This document shows positions 13,671-28,139 of a DNA stretch of 64,000 bases, in pieces. Origin of the DNA: Octopus sinensis (taxonomy: Eukaryota); assembly GCF_006345805.1 (NCBI RefSeq), contig NC_043000.1:162068001-162132000 (forward strand), written 5' to 3'. The notes beneath the pieces are model-generated. The model had not been told where the DNA came from. It saw only the letters and a program-made list of their open reading frames with translations, and did not search any database. The position numbers and the translations under genes were made by a program. Numbering within the stretch: the first letter of the stretch is position 1; each line of letters opens with the position of its first letter.

Positions 13671-13792
13671 CTGGTAATTCTCGTGGGAAACCACAGATCG
13701 GCAAAGATATAAGAATGGCATAGAGACCACTGAGAAGAAATCCAATCCACCAAGCACCGACAAATTTGGCGTTACCCGACTTCATGCTAATG
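13671..13792 (-). CDS. SLCO4A1-like: SLCO/OATP exon with family signature
   Basis: tttttcAG|C ATT AGC...CCA G|GTacgg; ISMKSGNAKFVGAWWIGFLLSGLYAILISLPICGFPRELP matches the OATP signature (W/F)VGAWWxGF; 122 nt, phase 2 to 1. Confidence 0.94.
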
Positions 13793-14559
13793 CTGAAAAA
13801 TAAAAGAGAGAGAGAGAGGATTATCAACTTGATGAAATGATGCGGAGAAGATATATCAGTGAGATACAGTGTCATCAATTTAAATTTAAAGGTAAAATTT
13901 AACTCTTTCACAAATTACAAGCATCTGTCCAGTTTCCGAGGCTTTTTAACCGAACAAAACAAAAATCTCATCCTTATTCTATTCTGGATCTGAGGCTAAT
14001 CTAACCATACAGTTTTAAGAAATAAGTGGAAATTTTACCGATGAGTGTGTTAAATTATAAGACACAAAAAGAAAATGACTCTCCCCAGACAACAGAATAT
14101 GCTTCAACACACGAACTCATATAAAGAATCTTGCAAACCAAATCCAAAAACGAAAGAAAAAAAGACATCTCCAAAAGCATAGTGAATGCGTCGCGTTACA
14201 GTTCAGCTCCTTTAATTAAGAGTCAGACCGGAACATCTACAGCAGAAATAAACTGACAGTGGATCACAGGTTGCTACTTTACAACTTTAATCACTAACAT
14301 TTTAAAAACATTTTATTGGTCATACATCTAGTAATATTAGTAATATGTCGAATTGACTGTTTTATAGTATTTGAACGGTGATCCACACTGAGTTCATATC
14401 CCAGCGATGTTAATTTGTATATCATACCTTCAGGTTTGATATGTAGAGTTGTAGATTGGTAGAACTTTTAAGAGCTGTTGGACAAGATGCCATGCAATAT
14501 TTGTTTCGGCTCTCTGAGTTCAAATTCTGCTTAGATACCGATTACCAGAGCTAATCACA

Positions 14560-15770
14560 CAACCCTACGTAGGAGCATTCCGTCGAACTTGCAATTAACC
14601 ATCGTGCAAATGGCAGGGGATCGAAAATGGCCGCTGAATTAGAAAACTGAAATACTTTTTCAACTAGGTGACTGAAAATTAACGATTTTATGAACTCATT
14701 GCAAAATACTCAAACCAAGACAATGAATGCATAACCATTCTCTGCAAGTATTCTGGTCTCTATAAGGGAATAACAGCTGGAAAAATACTGTGAACTATAA
14801 ATTAAAAAAAGCTGCTGCTGGTTACAGAAGAGAGGGAATATTATATAAATCAGAGAATGGCGCTCAAGAACAAAGACGAGTTCACGTTGATAGACAAAAA
14901 CAAAGGTGGAGAAAATCTGTAAAATCGTTTACATCCAATGTTTTTTAAATCATCAGTGACGCTCGATCCGCCATAATCGCAAATTTTTTAAGAAGTGGCA
15001 CTCTTTCTGGTCAGAGAAACGAAGAAGGTTTCGCAAGGTGATAAAATATAGCCTCTAAAAATGTTAAAGAGTGAAGGAGAACAGCTGTGGAAAGTCCTCT
15101 TTCTCTGCACGATAAATATTTGACAGGAAAAATACTATAGAAGAAATCCATTGCTAAATTGCTTTATAAAAATGGTTAATAGAAGAAATCTAGAAAACTA
15201 TTGCACCATACGCTCCTTATCTCTCCACTACAAGCTGTTTACAAACGTCATAGACACCAGACATTCGAAACATCTCGATGACCCAACAGTTGAGGAAGCA
15301 AGCGAGTTTTCAACAGAACTAGAGCACAGCAGAAACAGGCTACATGTTCACACTAACAGTTTTTAGAGCGAGCGAAATATCATAAGCCCCCATTTTGTAT
15401 TACCTAACAGATTCTGAAAATAGCTTCCATATCGTCGTAGTGAAGCAGTGCTGAAGTCCCTGGAGATGTTAGGAGTCAAGGCACAATACATAAAACTTCT
15501 CAGGGAGATAACATCAGGATGTATGAGTAACATAGCTCTGCTGTCACTATCCGTAAGAGTTTAAGTCGAGAAGGATTTCCAGCAAAAAGCTTCGATCAGA
15601 ACAGATACCATCTTTCCAAAGATTTCCGCTACATGTCGCGAAATGGTTATCGGAGACAGTCATTGGAAAGGTGGTAATCAGTGGCAATTGCGAAAAACCA
15701 ATACTTCCGATTCGTAGACAAAATTGTGGATATCTCAGAAACTTCAGATCAGCTGCGCACTATGTTAACC
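14560..15770 (+). pseudogene. Degenerate RTE-clade LINE reverse transcriptase relic
   Basis: ENYCTIRSLSLHYKLFTNVIDTR...LDD resembles NYRPISLL..YKLFT; DTIFPKISATCREMV near 15605 resembles GDTISPKLF; many stops. Boundaries are approximate. Confidence 0.7.
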
Positions 15771-15780
15771 CTGGATGGAT

Positions 15781-15847
<67 letters not shown>

Positions 15848-18800
15848 CATGCAGGCATGCATGCACGTACGTATGCATGCATATATATGTGTGCGTATGT
15901 GTTGGAAAACGGCAAAGCAAACTTGGTACAGACATTCACGGAATTGTAATGATATAAACGAGAACTTCAATTCCAACTCCATCAAAGGCAGGTGGCTCTG
16001 ATATTGAAAGTCGGCCATAAAAGCGATCCTGGTCGAATGAGTATGGGAATAAAAAGATAATTCCCAATTCCTTCTGTTTGCATTCCACGTAAATATAATC
16101 ATCAGACCCACTTGTGTTTATCTGCCTGTTTTCTTTTATTTACACACACACACACAAATATTTATAGCAGGTCTTCCACTCATTATATCTACCACACTTT
16201 GTAATAATGTGCGTTACAGAATACAATTGCTGACATCTGATCAAAGAAGAAACAACAACCAAAAACATCCTCAAATCACCGATATAAACATACAAAATTA
16301 ATCTACGATATTCTCTCTCTTTATATCAGTCTATTATGAGAGTAACAGGAAGCTTAATTATAGCATATGTGAAGCCATTTTATGCGGTTTTATGTAATTT
16401 CATCAAGTATTGTTTCTGTTGGATGATCCATACAGAGCAACGGACACACACAAAGCTTAGAAGTGAAGTAATTGAACGTAAGTCAGACCAATCCAACCTG
16501 CTTAATGAAGTTGAGTGCTTTATTATTATATATTGTTAACGAAACAATAAGTGTTGATATGAGTTTGTAATTGAGGTTGGGTAGGAGGAGAAAAAGAACT
16601 TAATTTGGTCTGATCTGCTAGTCCTGTGTCAGTCATCTCTTTTAGACTGACTAACAAAGAATTCATTACGTCGAATGGCAGACTATTAACAACATATAAA
16701 CATTACACTCACAAACACACGCACACTACAATGTATACATAGGAACCAATGAGAAAGTCTTAGAGTAGTCGTCCAGTCTTCTAGAAATAACAGCTCAATC
16801 GCCCGCGAAATACACTCTACTGTCTTATCTAACACATTGGATAATCTAATCCCAGATTTATCATGGTTACAGAAAAAAAAAGTGAGTGATCGGAACTGGA
16901 GCACTTTCTCATAGCTTTGTCTCTTGGTACTGACCTGAGGCTAAACAGTAGCGTCAATCGCATGCATTTTTAAACCGATTCGAGAGAGAAAAGTTAACTA
17001 AATTTCTATGCAAATTGAACCTTTTATTTCATGCTTTTAAAACCACTGTGCTAGTTATTGTGCAATGTTCTGTCCACACACACATAGGACTAGGTTTTGG
17101 ATTACAGATATCCTTGTCTTCTTTTCACCAACCAATATCGGTGAACTTGAATTAGTAAACGATCCATTAAAAGGGACATCCAAGGTTTGTAAACTTTACT
17201 TTAATAATGATCGTTTTGTTCGTATATTAGTATTTCAGCCTGCTAGAAATACCAACAAAATCTCCCATGGACCATACTATGGTCTCAAGGCAGAAACAAC
17301 ACATTATGCTGTATATAAAAAAGGACGGTAAGGTCTCGGTTGATCCTAGGTTTGCGCTATCAGAGCTGAACAAAGATTAAATAACAACAACTCCGAACTA
17401 TTTGTGGATAATAGGAATTTGAACGTTTTTGAGAACCGCAAAAGCAAGTCTTTCTTTCACTTCCATCGATTTGTTCCTCATACAACATATTTCCAGCGAT
17501 TTCAATCATTTCTCATAAAAAGATCTGTCGAGATGCAACATTTATATGACTATCAGAATTCCCCATTTGGCATCCACAGAATAAGTTTTGGCTTTACACT
17601 TATGTGGGAAATCGATATTACTCGAACATGTACAGAATTTTATAATCGGGCAACGAGCCGGTTTATGTGTTGTGGTATCTGTGAGTGTGTGCTTATGTGA
17701 TTTCTACCAATATATATGTGATTCGAATTCTTATCGGATTCCATACACGTACTGTGTGTGTGTGTGAGAGAGAGAGAAAGAAAGAAAAAGGATGTGTGTA
17801 TATGCGTACTAAACGAAATTTAATAAAACTATAAGACTAGCATGTAGATAAATAATGATCGAGAATGCAGAGATGATTTCAATAAACTATGTATGCATGT
17901 GAATTTGTTTATAACATATTGTTGCGCAATATGTAAACATTAAAAAAAATCTATTACAAACGCTAAGCTTCCTCTACACTGACAGAAAATTGTGCAGCGC
18001 TTACACATAGCTTAAGTACGATGAACATAAGAGTACTCTTCACTCATATGAAAGTGTGGAGTTACTACCATACATAGAGATATCTTAGACAGCATTAAAA
18101 AGTTAATTCGACTGACTGCCAATAATGTTCTGCACCAACACGTTACAACCTCCAAAAACCAACTGCCCCCCTCCCGGTTGTCTCTTTTGTACAATGGGTT
18201 CTTTTGAATCAGAAACTGCAAAACACCTCCACGTACACCTGGACGTCACATTTATCTCTCCTCTGCTGTTTAAGCCTTACTTTATTTCATTTCTGCGAAC
18301 TTGCACTAAACATGCTCCACATGAGGAAGGTAAACGTTATGGAAGGTCAAGCTGACCCATCAACCACGTTGACCTCAGCAGTCTGGCTGCGTTTGCAAAC
18401 GTAATGGAAGAAAAAGAGAAGGGAAAGAGTGTCTGTCTAGCTCCCCCTTTCTCCACTTTAATGAAATGTTAATTCGGGGAACTGTTGATTGCTTGAAATT
18501 ATCACCTCTTTTTTGGAGTCGGTTGCAGCTGCCGCTAAACACCTTTCTCTAAAGCGCAAATATTTTCAATCATCAGAAGTATATCTTGTATGGCATTTAC
18601 TATATCGTTTTTTGTCTTGGCGATTTTCTTTCTCCGTCTTCTCTTCTTTGGACTTTTTCTATATTTCTGCTGAAGAAATCCTCTTTCTTTTCTTTCCCTT
18701 CCTTGAGCGTCCAATAACAGTACTTGTCCCACGTCCTCGCGTTGTTGTTTTTCTTGCTTGTTCATATATGGATTGTGTGTGTATGTATGTTGTGTGTTTG

Positions 18801-19039
18801 TGTGTGTACGACATTAAAAGCAAGGACAGTCAGAGAAGATTGCCTGACTAATTGCCTCATAATATATAATTTTGTAACTCTACTTTATGAATCATTGGGT
18901 GGCTTTGCTTTTCATCTCTCCAGTATAAACTATTGATTAGTTCGTATTGGTGAAGGCAACAGCACATTTTAAACGGGATCTAGTTTTCTATAAATACACA
19001 GGCAGGCAGACAAACCGACAGCTAGACAATCAAGCAAGC

Positions 19040-19096
<57 letters not shown>

Positions 19097-19259
19097 CAGA
19101 CAGACAGAAACATGATCTTTTACGACTATAATCTTTCACCTTGAAGATGATGGGGAATAGATAGACAGTGACCTTATGGCCAGGTGATGAATGAGTCATC
19201 AATATACAGAAGATATTAAAGAACATTTGATTGCATAATGGTGTTATTTTGTAAAAAGT

Positions 19260-19293
<34 letters not shown>

Positions 19294-20029
19294 ATTAAAT
19301 AAGGGTAGAAATTGATATTAATCAATTAAATCCAGCGCGCCAAAGTGAAGGCATTTGAAAGATACACATAAATATAATTTGTGGAACCCTACGCAATGCT
19401 GGATTTCGGTCGAACACCCTGTATCTAGTTCTAGAAATTGTGTTTCATAAACGACAGACTATGCTGACGATCTTGCAGATGTTTATGTATTCATATACGT
19501 AAATTATTAACAAGTGAAACTAATTAGTACATAGGTAATCATTTTTTATTTCGTATATTTTCATTTGTCTTGCTTATTTTTACGCTTTGGTTTTTTGCTG
19601 AATTTTTTCTTGAGAACACATTCTCCGTGGAAAACGACGATTTTGACGTCTATTTCTAGTATACAGGCTGTCCACTTTTAGTGGTCAATCCTCTAAATTT
19701 TGTATATGTATATATATATATATATATATAAACTTACTTGGAAGAAGAAAACGACGCGTGTGTTCAATCATATATATATATATGTATATAAATACACTGG
19801 GAAAATGATTTTAAGAAAGTAAGATGTGACTACCAGAAATTGCCTTAACAATTAACTTGATGCCTACCCTGATGTGGAACTAGTCTAAAAGTATGATATG
19901 CATTAATCTAGATACAATACGAGGCCCAGTATTTGTTGCAGGGCCAAGTGTTATAGCCGCAATGAAAGTGACGAGAAAAAGCGAGACACGAGGTGATATG
20001 AGACCCAAGCTTGACCATGCTGCTACGAC

Positions 20030-20380
20030 ACTCGCTTCGGAACCACGTAATTTCGAGGTTCGTTCCCTCTACACGGCACCTTGGATAGGGGTTTTCTGCT
20101 AGAGTCCCGACCCGACCAATACCTCGAGTGAATTTGGTTGCCGGGATCTGTGTGGAAGCCCGTAGTTGAATATATATACATAATTGTGTGTTCCCTCCCC
20201 CACTGCTTCACAACCGGTACTGGTTTGGGTATGTCCCGTAACTTTGCTGTTCATCAAAAGAGACCGAGAGAATCAGAATTAAAGAATAAGTACTACAGTC
20301 GATTTACTTGTCTACTACCCTTCAAAAAGGTGCCCTAACATGGCCGGAGTCTGGTATCTGAAACAAATAAGAGATAAAAG
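20030..20380 (+). mobile_element. Old SINE family 2 copy
   Basis: Degenerate ggcaccttgg...gtcccgtaactt...catggccggagtc...gaaacaaataagagataaaag. Confidence 0.65.
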
Positions 20381-20995
20381 AATCGATTGTAGTCGAGAAA
20401 GGAAAATGCAGAGTGTGGAGACAGAGGCTGGAGTGATAGTGAGCGACTTCATTGTAGGCAATCGAGTGGAGTTTTGCCTTTGTGGATGCAATCTGCCATG
20501 ACTATGTGTATCTACCTAACTGTCCCAGGTGTGAGAGCCGTACATCACGTGTATATTTCAAATGAGTTTCGTAAAGAGTCAGTAGTCGTTGAGAGATAAA
20601 GTATATTCTTTATAAGAAGAGGGAGGCTAGCCTTTGAGAAACAGTTTTTGCTATGTTGAAGATAGGTGAAATGGAGCTGAGCACGCGAGAAGGTAAACCT
20701 CCTATATGTTACACAAACTTATATACTTTCATAGGACAATTATGGATAAGAATACTGGGAAATAATCTTGAGAAAGAACAAAAAAGTGCATGTGTGTGTT
20801 TTTAATGATCTTAAGGAACAATAAAATGATTGTAGTTTCTGACTTGATTTATCATCAATAATGATGTTTAGAAACAGATCAGTCCTGATAGCAAACCAAA
20901 TATATTTTCTCATAGGAAGTACATCGGCCTAACAGTCAGTTCTTTACTTACAATAACTTTCTTTCTTTCTCCCCCTCTCTCGTGTGTGTGTGTAT

Positions 20996-21378
20996 ACTCT
21001 TACTTGTTTCAGTCATTTGACTATAGCCATGCTGGAGCACCGCCTTTAGTCGAGCAAATCAACCCCAGGACTTAGTCTTTCTAAGCCTAGTACTTATTCT
21101 TTTGCAGAACCGCTAAGTTACGGGGACGTAAACACACCAGCATCGGTTATCAAGCGATGTTGGGGGGACAAACACAGACGCACAAACATATATACACACA
21201 CACATACATACATATATATATATACATATATACGACGGACTTCTTTCAGTTTCCGTCTACCAAATTCACTCACAAGGCTTTGGTCGGTCCAAGGCTATAG
21301 TAGAAGACACTTGCCCAAGAGTCATGCAGTGTAACCGAACCCGGAACCATGTGGTGGGGAAGCAAGCTTTTTACCACA
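20996..21378 (-). mobile_element. SINE family 2
   Basis: Reverse complement of family 2; abuts a plus-strand copy. Confidence 0.88.
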
Positions 21379-21379
21379 T

Positions 21380-21650
21380 TATTCTGGGTTCAGTTCCATT
21401 GCGTGGCACCTTGGGCAAGTATCTTCTATAGCCTCGGGCCGTCCAAAGCCTTACGAGTAAATTTGCAAGACGGAAACTGAAAGAAGCCCAATATGTGTAT
21501 ATGTTCCTCTACAGCTTGACAACCGGAGTTGGTGTGTTTACATCTCCATAACTTAACGTTTCATCAAACGACACCGATAGAATACGTACTATGATCGATT
21601 CATTCGACTAAAAATTCTTTAAGGCGGTGCCCCAGTATGACCACAGTCTG
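21380..21650 (+). mobile_element. SINE family 2, 5'-truncated
   Basis: gggttcagttccattgcgtggcaccttgggcaagt...aaggcggtgccccagtatg. Confidence 0.8.
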
Positions 21651-21982
21651 GAACACACACACACAAGCGCACCTCTGTGAGCATGCAAGCACTGACAAAT
21701 GTAAATCTATTGCTTTTTTGGCGGGGTGCATGTACACCTACATTTACAGGTAATCGTATCCTATTGCAGACATATGTATACATATGTATATATATGTCTG
21801 AGATAGAATACGACTATGGATGAGGGTGAAGAGAAAAATGAAGAACTGGTTCGCAAAGAACGTGCGCGCGTGTGTACGCGGGGGCACCGTATATCTTTAC
21901 CGTTCTCTATTGCAAGTAACTATTTCCTCACAATCTTTTGCTTCTCGTTAATTCTATCCTGCTGTTCACTCACATTTAATGA

Positions 21983-21985
<3 letters not shown>

Positions 21986-22027
<42 letters not shown>

Positions 22028-22608
22028 GTATGTGTATGTGTGTGTGTGTATGTGTGTGTGTGTATGTGTGTGGTATATGTGTGTGTGTATATGTGTGTGT
22101 GTATATGTGTGTGTGTATATGTGTGTGTATATGTGTGTGTATGTGTGTGTGTATGTGTGTGTGTATGTGTGTGTGTATGTGTGTGTGTATGTGTATGTGT
22201 GTGTGTATATGTGTATATGTATGTGTGTATATGTGTGTGTATATGTGTGTGTGTATATGTGTGTGTATGTGTGTGTGTGTATGTGTGTGTGTGTGTGTAT
22301 GTGTGTGTGTATGTGTATGTGTGTGTATGTGTATGTGTGTGTTGTGTATGTGTGTGTGTGTTGTGTGTGTGTGTGTGTGTGTGTATGTGTGTGTGTGTAT
22401 GTGTGTGTGTATATGTGTGTGTGTATATGTGTGTGTGTATATGTGTGTGTGTGTATGTGTGTGTGTGTATGTGTGTGTGTATATGTGTATATGTATGTGT
22501 GTATATGTGTGTGTATATGTGTGTGTATATGTGTGTGTGTATGTGTGTGTGTATGTGTGTGTGTGTATGTGTGTGTGTATGTGTGTGTGTATGTGTGTGT
22601 GTATGTGT

Positions 22609-22655
<47 letters not shown>
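21986..22655. repeat. Compound (TG)n/(TATG) microsatellite, about 670 bp
   Basis: Direct inspection; source of the VCVC/HTHT ORFs. Confidence 0.97.
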
Positions 22656-22656
<1 letters not shown>

Positions 22657-23156
22657 TCATTAGTCTCCTTTTGATAGGTATTTCTATATATGTATTAAGA
22701 AAGAGAGAAAGAAATAGCAGTTAAAACAAAAAAAAAACAGCAGTAGGCAATAAAACAGCAGACGACTCTGCCCCCTTCATTATCCACCACCACGAACAGA
22801 TAACCAAAAACACATCAAGGCCGATTCACGTGATATTCAATGAAACATTCACCTTGCACTCCTTAAAAATGCCAGCAACAATAGAAACGACAATCAGGTG
22901 AGAAGTACAGGCAGATCACCATGGCAACAACAGTAGCTTACAGCTGTCACAATTCACACCTCAATCTCGTTTCACCTCAATTATGAACGTGTATGTTCTC
23001 GCACACACACGAATGTGTTTGTGTACGTACACACACACACACATGCACTCCTTCTTCCCTTCTTTCCTGAGCGTCCAATAATACTTTATTTGTTCCACGT
23101 CCTCGCGTTATTGTGTTTTTTTTTTGTGTTTTCTTGTTTGGATTAACTTTATACAT

Positions 23157-23190
<34 letters not shown>

Positions 23191-23295
23191 AAAATGGAAC
23201 AAAAACCCAATAGAGAACATACGCTCATATTACACACACACACACACACAGAGTATGTATAATCACATTTATACAGGGAGAGGGGGGGAGTTAAA

Positions 23296-23421
23296 CTTTG
23301 CCTTTCATCCTTTCGGGATCGATTAAATAAGTACCAGTTACGCACTGGGGTCGATATAATCGACTTAATCCGTTTGTCTGTCCTCTGTGTTTAGCCCCTT
23401 GTGAGTAGTAAAAAGAAATAG
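23296..23421 (+). mobile_element. SINE family 1, 5'-truncated
   Basis: ctttgcctttcatcctttcggg...ttagccccttgtgagtagtaaaaagaaata. Confidence 0.8.
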
Positions 23422-24180
23422 GTAATCTGAGTGTGAGAGACAATAAAATCTCTCTCAGATCAAGGGACACTCCCGAAAGTCTACATCCTCCGTTTCTTCA
23501 CGACCTTAAAGACTTTATGAAATCTTGCTGTAGGTTTTATTTAAGCAATAGTGATGCGCGGGAGGACATGGAAGTATGAGAGTCTTCAGCTAAGTAGTTA
23601 AGCATTTGGTCCCCATGTGTATATGTAATAAAACGTACAAAATGACTATTTTCTTGTTTCCAGTACAAACATATCATTTACTGATGGCATCTACGATAGG
23701 ATTGGGTCTGTAAGGGTGCGGCAGTGGCGGTGATGCTAACTGCCTGGTAAAGGAGTATAGGCAGGATGCGGGGGGTATGTGTTGGCTTAGCTCAAGGAGG
23801 GCAAGGAAGGGTTGGTGAGAATATAGAAATAATGTTATTAAGAGGTAGGCAAAACTGCTTACCAGAGTTTATGTGAGCGCGCTATTAGAAAGAATGAGAA
23901 ATACAAGATTTCCAAGTGTATGAATTTGAGCGTCTATGTGAATATTTGGGACTGTATAAATACGTGCGTGTATTTATTCGCGTATGTATAAATACGTGCG
24001 TGTGTATGTTTTTTCTTGTATTTTTTTTTTTGCCTTTACGAAGTCTACAAGGAGGAACGGTAAAGAAAAGTATGCGAATGTTTGTCTTTTTAAACGTAAG
24101 TATTTAAAAGTAAATGTATACATATATTTTCTTTTAAACATCTGAATGCTTACTAAATAGAGAAAGAGAATGACGATAAG

Positions 24181-24248
<68 letters not shown>

Positions 24249-24264
24249 CATACATACATACATA

Positions 24265-24299
<35 letters not shown>

Positions 24300-26587
24300 T
24301 GAGGGTTAAGATAGAATTACATAGAACAGTGTATCTATTTTCATTCTGACAAAAATTAACAATAAAACTAAGGACTTAATTCATCATTATTGTAATTCAC
24401 TAAAACTGAGAAGAGAAAGTAATAGCAATTGCCACTTGGATTTTGTTTTCTGTCGCCGAGGCGCAAATCTTAAATGGGACATTGACACGTATTTAGATAA
24501 TTCAGAGAAGGGTAGATGCGGCAAAATCCGCTTTCCCGAGTAAGGTCATGATGACCCTTGGCAAAATTTATTAAATAAAAGAATTATTGAAAAATTTAGT
24601 GAACTGATCTGCCATCAGAAGTGAAATTATTTAACGTTTCGGATAATTATCCTTTTGCAGAAAGAGGAAGAGAAGGAGTGTAGAGGTCGTATTACAACAT
24701 TGCGTATGGGAAAATTACGGTTGTGGTGTGGGATAGCTAATGCGGAGAGAAAGGAGAGGTAAAGTCAGTGAGAAATTTTGAGAGTACTTGGCTTCATTTC
24801 TCGGCGTTCAGAATTTAAAAATATGATCAGAATAACTTGGCGTTTAATGGCATCAAATTAATTTACAACAGACATTTTAAGTCTTGACTTGTTAGATTTG
24901 AGTGTTGATTATTTACAGTTGGGCTGTATCGTCAGGATTGTTTAGAGCTTCAAGCAAAATGCCTATGATATCTAATCTTAGCCCTTTACGTTCTGAGTTT
25001 TAAACTAGTTTAGAATAATTCTACCTTTTACCTGATTGAGATCGACAAAAATGATCAACAAAGAACTGGGCCGATTTATTTCCTCATATAAGGTGTCCTA
25101 AGTGTAAGTGAATTATAATAAAAACTTAACAGCTCAGGAGACGTGGCGAGAGATAGATGTGCTCTTTAGTGACGTCATTTTATGTCAGCATGCCTCTCAT
25201 CTCTCTGCAATCGATTAAGTACCTGTCAAGTATTAAGGTCGGTTAAACTTGCTCGGGCCAACTCCTAAATTTATAGCTGTGAATTGATACTAAAATGCAA
25301 TTATATAGCGTTAAAATGAAGTTTTCTTTCTATCCGATCGTTGTTTTGTTTCTTTTATATCTGAAGACTATGGTAACAGATAAAAATATTATGAGGAGGC
25401 TATGAATGAGATAGTACTTTTTACAGAAAAGTATGACAGCGTGTGGTTTAACCCATTAAAAGACAGCGAAACTAGGGATTTATTCTTTCTATGGAGTACC
25501 CAGGATGTGTTAGCTACGTAGGGCCCGTCCCTAGTCAAGGTATTCTCATATGATACCTGCAGAAAGATACTCCAGATTAAGAGGAGCCATGAAGAAGATC
25601 GCAACGTGGTAAGTGGATCTGTGAAGAATAATTGAATTTTCTTAAAATCGCATCCTATCATCTTAGAAACGGAAGGACACACTGAACTACTCTGCGTCTA
25701 AAATACACAAAGATTGAATGATCACGACAAAGATTGTTTTCAGTCATATAGATTTGTTATAGGAAGACTTCAACTCTTCTACAACTAACGAGAATATGCT
25801 TTGATATTGGAATGATTCCACTAGTTACTGAGTTGAGTTTGTTACTGAATCGCAGAGACTATACAGAGATTGATAGACTGGGCTATCCGTAATTTATCTT
25901 GCCAGTGAAAATTCATTGTATTCAGACAACCAGTCGGCAAGGCCCTGTTTGACAACCTTTACGCTCCGAACATGTATAGTTGAAGAGCTACATAAAGGTA
26001 AAAAAAAAAAACTAAAAAAAACTCAGTAGATAAAAGGGTAAATATTTTGTCTTCCCCTTCCAGTTGTACCTAATTGAAATATACTATGTCTATGCTGTTG
26101 TTACAAGGCAATATAAGCCAAATGCTCGAGACATAAAAATGGCAACAGGCCCACTAACAGTAGTCGGACCACGTATTTATTCTGTCTCAGAATTGGCACT
26201 TTATTCACACACACACACACACACACTGGTACATGCACATACATTAGTTTGAAGTTGTGGCTTCCTTTCGACGAAAAGGACCCCACCCTTAAATAAAAAT
26301 GTATAAGCCCCTACACATACACACGTGTGTGTGTTTCCCTCAATTCTCCCTCTTATTTCCATTTCTTTTCTCTTCTTCCATCCCTCTCTTTTGTGATCCT
26401 TTTGCGTAGTTCGCAAAACCTAACGATAGTCTTTGACAGTGGAAGAATTTCCTTATCTTTCTGCCATTCAGCATTGCTCTTCCATTGAAAGGCCCAAGTA
26501 GAAACAGGCTATCTGTATGTGTATGAGTATGTTGAGAGAGAGAGACAGAGGAAGAGAGAGAGAGAGGGGAGAGAGAGAGAGAGAGGG

Positions 26588-26619
<32 letters not shown>

Positions 26620-28139
26620 TGTGTGTGAGTGTGCTCGAGAAAGCATGTGCGTGCGAGAGTATGAGAAAAACAGATAGAGTGTGTGTGTGCAAGTAATTGT
26701 ATGTGTCTGCGCATGTATGTGTGAAAACGCATCCGTATAAGTGCATGTGAACACGTGTATGTGCATGGGAACTTATACACGCGAGTGAAGGCGCGTGTTG
26801 TGGAAAAAGAATCTATACGAGAGAGAATGCGTCCTCGACAAATGTATATATGAACAAGTGTGTATGTGTATACACACACACACACGCAATGCGCGCACAT
26901 AGACTGCGCAATATACATACATTCACATATGCCTATGTCAGCGTACTTAAACGTGTGCAAAGGTACTTGTATGTATGTACGTGCTTACGTACCTTCTTTG
27001 CGTGTCTATGAAGACGTGTGAATATTCATACGTGTGTGCGTGCGTGTGTCTAGAGACAGGGTGAAGGCTGGTCTAAGACACAGAGATAGTTGACAGCATG
27101 AAAACGAAAAACAGGCTAAATTCTGACTTGCGTCAGCGTCTTTGGAATAAGGAGGAGGAGGAGGAGAAAAAAGAGACTGCAGTTGTGTGTGGAACGGTAG
27201 GTAGTGGTGGATTGTGGCGGTGATAGAAGTAGTAGTAATAGTAGTAGGAGGAGTGTTAGTCATCGGATACCGCTGAGATGATGTCAGTGGTTGTTGCTGT
27301 TGTTGTTGTCGGTGGTGGTTGTGATATTGATACCACAAGTGCTGTTTGGCAGGGTTTATATTTGTGTCTACGTTGTAAATAATTGCTATTATCTAACCCA
27401 AGATCAATCTTGCCGGAGTAGGCTTACGATCTAAATGTTCCAGCCACGACCATCACATTTGTTTTATTTCCTTTTTGTTTTTAAACAGCATAATGTATAC
27501 AATTATACATTATCCAGAGTGTTTCCTTTTGAGACAGAGGGATTCTTAGATGAAACCTTGCTTGTTAATTCTGGCTGGTCGAGCAACCAAGTAGCGGTTG
27601 TCACATCAGTTCATCGACAATAGTGATGTTGTTTTCTTCTCACCCAAAGACGGTCCTGATCAAGTAAACTTATGATCACATGCATTCCAGTAATGACCAT
27701 CCATCCCTAATGAACGCATCCTCACAACAGTATATATATAGTTTCGTTGGTAGGTGTTGCAGATGTTAAACTTGCTGTTTAACCTCAAAGGCTGGTTGCG
27801 GGGAAAGGCTTCCCGGCCGTGGCAGTCTCGTCTGTTTTTCAGACATAATGTTACTAGGATACTATCTAACGCGTCCTTTCACTTTTAGATGCTTGAAAAA
27901 GAGAAAGAGATTGATTTTGCAATTCAGCCGGTCACATAAAGGCTGCCACTTCTGATCTTGTTAGTGCTGGTTACTTTATATGCCTTAACACTACTGTAAT
28001 GTTAGGTGGTTGTTTAACCCCAGGTAAACGCATGTCGGTTTTGCACCAGATCACTAAAATAACTGCGCTTCATTCTCAAAGTAGTCTTTTTGTAAATGTA
28101 TTGCTGCGCACCAATTTTGACTTTGCTCTGAATAAGCGC

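Noticed and set aside
21816-22724. 225-302 aa ORFs rich in VCVC/HTHT
   Set aside because: Translations of a TG/TATG microsatellite that lacks stop codons; not genes.
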